DNA of 64,000 nt from Oligoflexales bacterium. GTDB lineage: Bacteria; Bdellovibrionota_B; Oligoflexia; Oligoflexales; JAPPIL01. The stretch lies in NCBI GenBank assembly GCA_965226195.1, contig OZ245333.1:2344275-2408274 (forward strand), in the 5' to 3' direction. How positions within the stretch are numbered: the first letter of the stretch is position 1; each line of letters opens with the position of its first letter. Below the pieces are notes generated by a model. The model was not told the origin of the DNA. It saw nothing but the letters and a program-made list of their open reading frames with translations, and made no database searches. A program made the position numbers and the translations under genes. Of this stretch, positions 57,313-64,000 are shown in pieces.

Positions 57313-57680
57313 CAGCACTAAGCTACACACGATGCCAAAAAAAGAAATCCCGTATTAAGGCTAGCGTTTGTTTGTATACGTGGAGGTCGTTCCCAGCGTT
57401 GTTGCAAATAATTTCTGGCGTTGAGTGAGAGAGATGCTAGATATTGCTGTTGACCATTTCTCAACATCCCAGTGGGGAATTATTTTTCGGAAACTCTTAC
57501 TAGATTTGGTTCGGATTACCTTTTTTTCTAAACGACGCTGTGTTTGAAAGAAGATGCTGCTGTTTTTCAATCTCAGGCAGCAACCGACCTCCGAGTGGGT
57601 GATTGTTGTGACCCCCTTATTCACTTGCACGAACTATATTCAAGGACGGGGTTAGCACCGTGTGCATGGGGGCACGAAGC

Positions 57681-58029
57681 GGCTTTGTTGCATAACTCAG
57701 GGCAGGCATGTTTATATCCTATAACCCTTTAGCAGTAAGAATTTTATAGGTGTTACAAAGGTAATGCCTGCACCACGCACAAGCCCATAGTGTCCACAGA
57801 AGTTGACAATGGTCAGGTGCAAGCAGACCTGCAAACCATTTCACGCCAATGCTTCAGCTGGAGCTAGGAAGCGACAAAGAGCATGCACACATGTGTGCAT
57901 GGTGCAGCAGGATGATTGCACCTGACCCAAACGAGAAGTCTGCGAACATGCAGGGGAGGTGAACGCTCCCCACATAAAAGTGCTATGATAACAGCATGTT
58001 ATAATCAACGGAACTTATGCAACAAAGCC
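57681..58029. mobile_element. MITE-like element, copy B (349 bp), inverted relative to copy A
   Basis: It is the reverse complement of 19489-19805 almost throughout. It has perfect ends GGCTTTGTTGCATAA...TTATGCAACAAAGCC and an extra internal segment of about 32 bp containing the palindrome TGCACACATGTGTGCA. No flanking direct repeat is visible. Confidence 0.75.
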
Positions 58030-58141
58030 GGTTTCACCCCCAACACCCCCACCAACTTTTTATAAAAAGTTGGATCAAAATTTTTTAGTTATTTATTAGG
58101 ATAACAAGATATAATCATTGATAAAATAATGACAAAAGCAG

Positions 58142-58156
58142 TTATGCAACAAAGCC
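58142..58156. repeat. Solo terminal-repeat copy of the MITE-like element (TTATGCAACAAAGCC)
   Basis: Exact 15-nt match to the element end, 112 bp beyond copy B. It is directly followed by AGGCAACTTGGTGTGGTTTCTTCCCCGTG, which matches the pilin-leader hairpin flank. Confidence 0.6.
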
Positions 58157-58202
58157 AGGCAACTTGGTGTGGTTTCTTCCCCGTGTGTTCCTATCAAAAG
58201 CT

Positions 58203-58238
58203 AACAAAAAGCAGGACAGCTGCTACAAGCAGCTGTCC
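58203..58238 (-). terminator. Rho-independent terminator-like hairpin (minus strand)
   Basis: GGACAGCTGC-tacaa-GCAGCTGTCC (58214-58238). On the minus strand it is followed by TGCTTTTTG. Confidence 0.5.
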
Positions 58239-58337
58239 AAAAATACACTCCCGGAAGGGAGTGACGGTGAAAGACAAGTTTTATAGGGAGGGGCAAATAG
58301 ACTTGAAGATCACCGTCACTTCCACCGGAAGCGACAC

Positions 58338-58368
58338 AGAAAGAAGGGTCGCAAAAGCGACCTTCTTT
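58338..58368 (-). terminator. Terminator-like hairpin immediately downstream of the lipoprotein gene
   Basis: GAAGGGTCGC-aaaa-GCGACCTTC with T-rich flanks on both strands, about 20 nt after the stop at 58386. Confidence 0.5.
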
Positions 58369-58385
58369 CTGAAGCCTTTAATAAA

Positions 58386-59177
58386 TCAATATAATGATGT
58401 TGTTCGGTAATTGTTTGGGCAGTAAACAAAATACCTGTATTTGCTGGGTTGGTAGTAGGTGTTGTTGAAGCGATAGTTACCCCACCACAGGTTGGGAGAG
58501 TGAGCGGAACGATAATACGGCCGATAGTAGCTGCGCCAATAGGTAACCGGAGAGGAGGAGCTATAGTTGTTATAGCCGTAAAGGAGCGGGCGATTGTTGT
58601 TATAGCGATATCCACCACGATTGTTGTTATAGCGATATCCACCACGATAGTGCCTATAATGGCGGCGATGATGCTTGCCATAACGGTAGCCATACTTGTT
58701 ATTACCATGACGGTAGCCATGATAACGCTCACGTTTTCCATAGCCACCATAACTATAACCATCTAGGTCATGCTGGGTTGAACGACGACGACCATACTTA
58801 TGGTCTCTCGCAATGTGACGCAGATTGTGCGCTAAACGAGCACGATCAGAGCGTCTGCCCTCGCCCCACACGGAAGCCATCCGCTCACCACTGAGCTGCT
58901 CTTGAGCAAGATCTTGGTCAAAGTGCCTGACTTCCGCCTTAGCACCCGCACGTAGCTCACCCTTTTTATCGACTGGCACGCGCACCACCATGCTGCTAGG
59001 GAGGCTTTCATGCTCTGCCTTAAGTTGCCGTCTGTCATCGCTGGGAAAACGATCAACATCGTTGAGATCATCAAGGAAAACCGGATGATCACGCCGTTCA
59101 TCGGAACAACCGACCATTACCAACATCGCCAGTGCAACAGCACTGGTAAGATTCCTTACAGAAAAAATAACACACAT
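58386..59177 (-). CDS. Lipoprotein with Tyr/Arg/Gly/Asn-rich low-complexity C-terminal half
   Basis: Start at ATG 59177 (SD AAGGAGGA, 7-nt spacer). MCVIFSVRNLTSAVALAMLVMVGC lipobox. The tail reads GYSYGGYGKRERYHGYRHGNNKYGYRYGKHHRRHYRHYRGGYRYNNNRGGYRYNNNRPLLYGYNNY... Confidence 0.7.
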   Translation of the reverse strand: MCVIFSVRNLTSAVALAMLVMVGCSDERRDHPVFLDDLNDVDRFPSDDRRQLKAEHESLPSSMVVRVPVDKKGELRAGAKAEVRHFDQDLAQEQLSGERMASVWGEGRRSDRARLAHNLRHIARDHKYGRRRSTQHDLDGYSYGGYGKRERYHGYRHGNNKYGYRYGKHHRRHYRHYRGGYRYNNNRGGYRYNNNRPLLYGYNNYSSSSPVTYWRSYYRPYYRSAHSPNLWWGNYRFNNTYYQPSKYRYFVYCPNNYRTTSLY

Positions 59178-59294
59178 AACCAAATCCTCCTTCGTTAATA
59201 GGTAACAATACCACAAGTTGAGTAAATAACAGAATCAAACAAGGTTTTTCAAGTAAAAAATTAAATTATTTTTTAACTATTTATTAATATTGAA

Positions 59295-60482
59295 CTATTT
59301 TTTCTGATTATTAATGTTGACCAGATAGCCAACCATGTCACTGTAATCAATAGCATTGTAGGAGTCGATACTCGCAGCAAGAGAGGGTATGTCGTTGTTT
59401 GTGCTACCGTTTATCCGTATTTGGGCAGCGATGATACGCAGCCTGTTCCAGCGGTACTTCTCTTGTGAATAGGCAAGGAGTGGGGTGCGGCGGGCGGTTT
59501 TGAGGATACGACGGCAGGCATCGAGGGTTTTCAGGTCAGTGCTCTGCTCCATGCAGTTCCAGACGAGCAGCGGACTGGCAGAAGAAGGATATATCGTGCG
59601 GTGGTTGTCGGTGGTAGAAGCCAGTGCCCGTGCCTGCCACATGATACGCTCACGAATGACAGTCGCAAGAGGGTTGTCCGGCAAAGACAGGCCAATGAAG
59701 GCATTGTAGGCCGACAGAAAGCAGCCGTGCTCGTAGCTGTTAGGGTAGTGCCAATGAGGGACAGTTCTCTCTCGCAACCAAAGGGTATCCCATGATAGCA
59801 AGAGACTCCAGTGGGCACTAACAAGTTTCTGTTGGGTAAGTAACTCCTCCCAGCTAGACATACTGGCACGCCAAATCTTGCGCCAGCTAGCTTGGCTGCA
59901 GTTGGCAGGAGTCTTAACAGCAGACTGTTCCCTAATCGCAGCCATTAAGGATGGCTTGAGCTTGGTGTCGTCCCAAAAAGCGAAGGTTCTTAACACTGGC
60001 AACCACTTTTTGGAGGAGGCAAGTGAAACACTCATCTTGTCTACCAACGCTGCATCAGCACGCATAATTTCCATCGCGCGAGAGTAGTCCTGATTACGAT
60101 GATATTTCATAACACTTCGCAAAGCGTCGCTTTGATGACGGTGATATAGATAGTAGCCCGCGGCTGCCACACCAAGAAAAACAACCGCGAAGAGCATAAA
60201 GGTCAGTGGCGAAGAACTCTTGCGTGGCTTGGATTCATACTTTTCGTAAGCACTAATGAGGTTTTCCTTCGCTACTGTGCTGTGAAAGATGCCGACCATC
60301 TCTGGATAGTGTTTCTTAAGCTCGTCACGGCGGCGCAAGTAAACCCAAGGCCCTGTATTGCCGCTGATTTCGTCGTTGGTGCTGCATTTCTTGTTCTGAT
60401 ATAAACTGACGATCTCAGCTAAGTTGTGCGGGCCGAGAAGTGTCTCTTGGTTACGACGCAGCAGATAATACTTGTTGCTCAT
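59295..60482 (-). CDS. GYF-like (DUF4339-type) N-terminal domain + single-TM protein, unknown function
   Basis: Start at ATG 60482, 2 nt after the PP2C stop. KYYLLRRNQETLLGPHNLAEIVSLYQNKKCSTNDEISGNTGPWVYL resembles the GYF_2 domain. TM helix LTFMLFAVVFLGVAAAGYYLY. Confidence 0.5.
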   Translation of the reverse strand: MSNKYYLLRRNQETLLGPHNLAEIVSLYQNKKCSTNDEISGNTGPWVYLRRRDELKKHYPEMVGIFHSTVAKENLISAYEKYESKPRKSSSPLTFMLFAVVFLGVAAAGYYLYHRHQSDALRSVMKYHRNQDYSRAMEIMRADAALVDKMSVSLASSKKWLPVLRTFAFWDDTKLKPSLMAAIREQSAVKTPANCSQASWRKIWRASMSSWEELLTQQKLVSAHWSLLLSWDTLWLRERTVPHWHYPNSYEHGCFLSAYNAFIGLSLPDNPLATVIRERIMWQARALASTTDNHRTIYPSSASPLLVWNCMEQSTDLKTLDACRRILKTARRTPLLAYSQEKYRWNRLRIIAAQIRINGSTNNDIPSLAASIDSYNAIDYSDMVGYLVNINNQKK

Positions 60483-60484
60483 AC

Positions 60485-61216
60485 CTAAGCTACCTCGCAA
60501 ATAAGAACCGTGACGTTGTCACGCCCTCCACGGGCGCAAGCCTCTTCGATAAGGAGAGAGGGGAGATGATGCACAGTGCGTTTGTTGTCACGCAAAATTT
60601 TCAAAATCTTGTGATCATCGACCATGTCCGATAAGCCATCGCTGCAGAGCAAGAAAATCTGCCGTGCTGCGACGGGAAGACGATAAATATCAATCTCAAT
60701 GGTGCGTGCTAACCCAACTCCTCTGGTTAACACGCTCTTCTTAGTATTCTGAGGTACAGCAGATGGATCAAGCCAACCGTGATGAATAGAACTGGACACG
60801 TTGTGATCGATAGTCAGCTGAAACAGGTGGTCATGAGTGAATAGGTAAGCCCTGCTATCACCACAGTGAGGAATAAATACTTGTTGCCCAACAAATTGAA
60901 TCGCAGTCGTAGTTGTACCCAAGCCACTTATCTCGCGGTAGCGTTCGCCAAAGGAAAAAATCTTGGTGTTGATGTCCTCCAACAAAGTGGCATATAGATC
61001 AGGCACTAGCGCCGCCTTCATGCGTGCTTTGCGTCCTTGAATAAAACGAGCAAATTCCTGAATGACAATACCAGAAGCAACATCACCACCCTTACGCCCT
61101 CCGATACCGTCAGCAACAACCCCTGCCTGTGCCCGCTCGTCGTAAAAAATACTATCCTGATTGTTCTTCCGCACCAAACCAACTGAGGTCTCTCCGAACA
61201 TTGTGACGGTAGTCAT
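60485..61216 (-). CDS. PP2C-family Ser/Thr protein phosphatase
   Basis: 243 aa. GLVRKNNQDS, VVADGIGGRKGGDVAS, LLCSDGLSDMV and ARGGRDNVTVLI are PP2C/Stp-type motifs. Confidence 0.85.
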   Translation of the reverse strand: MTTVTMFGETSVGLVRKNNQDSIFYDERAQAGVVADGIGGRKGGDVASGIVIQEFARFIQGRKARMKAALVPDLYATLLEDINTKIFSFGERYREISGLGTTTTAIQFVGQQVFIPHCGDSRAYLFTHDHLFQLTIDHNVSSSIHHGWLDPSAVPQNTKKSVLTRGVGLARTIEIDIYRLPVAARQIFLLCSDGLSDMVDDHKILKILRDNKRTVHHLPSLLIEEACARGGRDNVTVLICEVA

Positions 61217-61320
61217 AAGTAGATGTCCTGAAAATTGGCTTTCGTGCAGAAATTGTTTCCAATTGGGAACATTTTTGCGTACACTCTAACTGTATCCTCA
61301 AGTTACGCAGGTCGCTCAGT

Positions 61321-63186
61321 ATGGCAGCAACACAAGCTAAGGCAGCGGAGACAGCCACGTGCGCGCAATGCACCATGATGTCTGCTCTTGCCGACCATGT
61401 ACATACTATAGTCCATCGGAAAACTCTGGCGATAATCGGCATTGTCTTGATTACACTTTCTCCTTTATATGGTACGGCAATTGCCCAAGAGAGTATACAC
61501 AAAAAGGCATTAAAATACTCGAAAAGCCTCAAAGCAGGCAAAAAAGCCTTTCAGAACAAGGATTATGTCCGAGCACAGAAACACTTTCGTCACCATCTAC
61601 GCCGCTACAAGAAAGACTACGACTCGTGGAACTACTTGGCTGCATCCTACTATCATCTTGGCTTACCAAAAAAAGCATTGAGATATTTAAAATATATTTA
61701 TAAGAAGACAAAATTAAAATCTTTCAATCTTCTTTACCGCGGTTTGGCTTTGAAGACCTTGAAAAAAAACCCTCTAGCCATCAAAACGCTGAAGCGAGCG
61801 ATTGATTTTCATGACAGCTACAGCGAGCTTGCTACTTTTGAGCTAGCACTGCTACACTACCATGCTGGCAATATCAGTGAAGCTCGTAAGTGGGGTAAGA
61901 TATACCGCAAGCGTCATAGCAAGGGCATGTATGCTGCCAAAGCCAAACAAATGCTAGACAGCATCGATTTGGGTCAGCAGCTGAAGGATTTGGAGGGTGT
62001 TGAGAAACCCAACTTGACGGAGTCAAAGTTCAAATACCACCATCTATCGCTGTTTAATTTTCCGCATTTTTGGATGCTACAGGTCGGTAACGAGGCTTTT
62101 GATTTCACAGGTAAGCGTCCTGATTCGGGGCGCAAATTAACTGACCATCGCAATCAAGTGTTTGGCCTTTTATCTAACTTTGGTCTGGGTCTAGGGCCAT
62201 TTCGTTCTAATCTTCTCTCGTTCTGGACTGCTTACACTTACATGCAAAAATGGCTGACCAATACTGGACGGGTGCGGCTCTTTCTCGACAAGCCTTCGGA
62301 CATCAAGTATTTTCCTTTTCGTTTTGATTTGCTGGAACGCACACATAGGTTATCGAGTGCGCTAACCTTTAAACCACACGCACAGGCAAATCTCGGTCTT
62401 TATGGGGAGATGTCTTATCGGGTAATGGGCAGCAATCAGTTCTCTGACCCTGACGGATTTGAGGCGTTAAAGGGCACGATCCCGCTCTCTTACTCGATTC
62501 TGATGATCCCGTGGATCGGTGTTTCATACCTCACATACTTCAGAAGCTTCGTCTACGCCTACATAGAAAAGACCGTTGACATGTCTGACTCCGATTTCAG
62601 CAACGTAACTTTCGGTCGCTCTGGGTCAAGCTTGCTCGATTATTTTTACCTTAGCTGGGGGGGACGACAGATTTTTACACTAAAAAAATACGACCTTTCA
62701 CTAGAGCTGGATGTGTTCATGACACAGTATCTGTTCAACGACTACTGGCTTGACTTTACCCGCTTAGGAGGCGCAGCGAAACTCAAAATGGGCATCCTAT
62801 CAAAAATCTATTTAGCAGGAAGATTTGGCTACATGAAGGATACATACGCAACTGATATTATTAAACTTGGTGAATGTGGCCATGTAACCGGTGAAGATCG
62901 TATCCTTAACAAAAAGAGTCCAATGACATGCGATAGAATTGACACTGCCATAATGTTTGAGTTCAGCGGTAGTTTTGACCTTTCTCCCACCAAACGAATC
63001 GAACTGCAAGTTGTGCGAGTAGAAAACGTGAACTACATACTGCAAGAATATCAAAGACGAGAGACAAAATTCAAACTACATCTTACTTTTGCTTTTCCTT
63101 CAGCACAAAAGACACTTAGTTACGTGGATAAATTTTCCGATGCAGTTTATTTAATTGGAAAGGAAGACTATGGCTATATCAGGTAA
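61321..63186 (+). CDS. TPR-repeat N-terminal domain + beta-rich C-terminal domain (possible outer-membrane protein)
   Basis: 621-aa ORF. The start is possibly ATG 61375 (MMSALADH...TLAIIGIVLITLSPLYGTAIAQE). TPR-like helices (KKAFQNKDYVRAQKHFRHHL...WNYLAASYYHLGLPKKALRYL). The C-terminal half has alternating-pattern strands. Confidence 0.5.
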   Translation: MAATQAKAAETATCAQCTMMSALADHVHTIVHRKTLAIIGIVLITLSPLYGTAIAQESIHKKALKYSKSLKAGKKAFQNKDYVRAQKHFRHHLRRYKKDYDSWNYLAASYYHLGLPKKALRYLKYIYKKTKLKSFNLLYRGLALKTLKKNPLAIKTLKRAIDFHDSYSELATFELALLHYHAGNISEARKWGKIYRKRHSKGMYAAKAKQMLDSIDLGQQLKDLEGVEKPNLTESKFKYHHLSLFNFPHFWMLQVGNEAFDFTGKRPDSGRKLTDHRNQVFGLLSNFGLGLGPFRSNLLSFWTAYTYMQKWLTNTGRVRLFLDKPSDIKYFPFRFDLLERTHRLSSALTFKPHAQANLGLYGEMSYRVMGSNQFSDPDGFEALKGTIPLSYSILMIPWIGVSYLTYFRSFVYAYIEKTVDMSDSDFSNVTFGRSGSSLLDYFYLSWGGRQIFTLKKYDLSLELDVFMTQYLFNDYWLDFTRLGGAAKLKMGILSKIYLAGRFGYMKDTYATDIIKLGECGHVTGEDRILNKKSPMTCDRIDTAIMFEFSGSFDLSPTKRIELQVVRVENVNYILQEYQRRETKFKLHLTFAFPSAQKTLSYVDKFSDAVYLIGKEDYGYIR

Positions 63187-63766
63187 GCACCAAAAAGTTA
63201 TCCGCGATGCTTGGCAAGATGAGCGTTATGTCTATCTAACGGGCGACGGTCTCGATATTCGTTTTCAAACCAGAATCGTCGATGTTCAAGACGAGCGTCT
63301 TGTTCTCAACAACAATGTAACACCTGAACACCTCAAACAATTTCTCAAATCGCGCAACTTCTATGTGCAAATTTTTTTGGTAAACTTCAGAGCTGACTCT
63401 ATCGATACAGACGGCAAAAACATTTTGATTCCACTCAAAGAATCTCTCAACATTAAGGAAACAAGACAGAGTGTGCGTAACGAATTCTTCCCCCATCGCA
63501 AAGAATTCTGCAAGTTTATCAATCCATTCGACAATAAAACACCGCTGCGTAAGCGACTAATGGATCTCTCCGAAGATGGCTTCTCGCTTGTAAGCTTTGT
63601 CGAGACCAACCTGTTTAGTCTCGGCTTAGTAATAAAAGATATTGCTTTTTTTAGCGAAAAAAAAGACACAAAGATGACACGCAATGCCGAAGTCAAATAT
63701 ATCAAGACTCTGGTGGACATCAACGGCAAGCGTCACGTGCAAGTCGGTTTTGAATTTCTGAAATAA
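63170..63766 (+). CDS. PilZ domain protein (YcgR-like two-domain layout)
   Basis: Start at ATG 63170 (SD AAGGAAGA). PilZ motifs RQSVR (RxxxR) and DLSEDG (DxSxxG). Confidence 0.6.
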   Translation: MAISGKHQKVIRDAWQDERYVYLTGDGLDIRFQTRIVDVQDERLVLNNNVTPEHLKQFLKSRNFYVQIFLVNFRADSIDTDGKNILIPLKESLNIKETRQSVRNEFFPHRKEFCKFINPFDNKTPLRKRLMDLSEDGFSLVSFVETNLFSLGLVIKDIAFFSEKKDTKMTRNAEVKYIKTLVDINGKRHVQVGFEFLK

Positions 63767-63787
63767 ATTTTGTTTTTAAGAGTAAAA

Positions 63788-64000
63788 TCAAGGTGATGAT
63801 TGGCGATAGAAACGCTCGACATCTATGAGCAGATGGATTTTTTCGTTTTCACGAGCATAGAGCTGTAGCAGTGCTTCCAGTGATTCTATTTCTTTGAGCG
63901 AAGGAATTTGTAACTCTGTGTCAGTTACCGCACTGATCTTCCACGGTTCACGATATTCGTCGAGATTAAGATCGGCAAACGCTTCAAAAAAACTCTTATC
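63788..64000 (-). CDS. Hypothetical protein, C-terminal 70 codons (5' end outside the window)
   Basis: The minus-strand frame is open from the window edge to TGA (63788-63790): ...DLNLDEYREPWKISAVTDTELQIPSLKEIESLEALLQLYARENEKIHLLIDVERFYRQSSP*. No family recognised. Confidence 0.35.
   Translation of the reverse strand, partial: DKSFFEAFADLNLDEYREPWKISAVTDTELQIPSLKEIESLEALLQLYARENEKIHLLIDVERFYRQSSP

Noticed and set aside
57361-57630. 89-aa basic ORF next to MITE copy B (possible transposase remnant)
   Set aside because: It has no recognisable motif, no SD and no similarity to anything else in the window. It is left unannotated, but a database search would settle it.

Overview
64-kb chromosomal window from a diderm (Gram-negative-type) bacterium that uses the standard code and GGAGG-type Shine-Dalgarno sites. 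The lineage cannot be fixed without searches. The gene set (two PilZ proteins, type IV pilin-like genes, long-form PstC/PstA, a GldG-type ABC system, a Cys+TM+Arg C-terminal tail, secreted ankyrin/LRR proteins) suggests a predatory or host-associated organism; this is inference. I can support about 55 protein-coding genes, no rRNA, tRNA or CRISPR array, and these further elements:
- one tnpB-only IS200/IS605-type element with a frameshift, plus one orphan right end of the same element type
- two copies and one solo end of a 317-349 bp MITE-like element
- a 105-bp coding tandem-repeat array
- several pseudogene remnants

Layout:
- 1-6.1 kb: accessory genes (serine-recombinase fragment, FAD oxidase with an in-frame stop, GT2 plus secreted metalloprotease, IS).
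- 7.3-12.1 kb: GldA/F/G-like ABC operon.
- 12.3-21.8 kb: island of secreted eukaryote-like repeat proteins (two ankyrin proteins, a 1373-aa giant built of 35-residue repeats, a BspA/DUF285-type lipoprotein).
- 21.8-30.6 kb: membrane/redox genes and TolC-RND efflux.
- 30.6-41 kb: accessory region (paralogous secreted proteins, decayed ATPase, TraB/GumN, Rpn nuclease, tandemly duplicated pilin cassettes).
- 41-64 kb: mostly housekeeping (pstCAB, rmuC, tlyA, ansA, ABC-2 exporter, surE, PP2C), interleaved with five paralogues of an unknown secreted family.

Most interesting observations:
1. A tandem-signal-peptide leader shared by at least seven proteins of two unrelated families.
2. A duplicated pilin + partner cassette with a near-identical 5' half and a divergent 3' half.
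3. The repeat-protein island.
4. An orphan TnpB right end with compensatory hairpin changes, and the MITE-like elements.

All family calls come from reading the translations by eye. No database search or structure prediction was possible.
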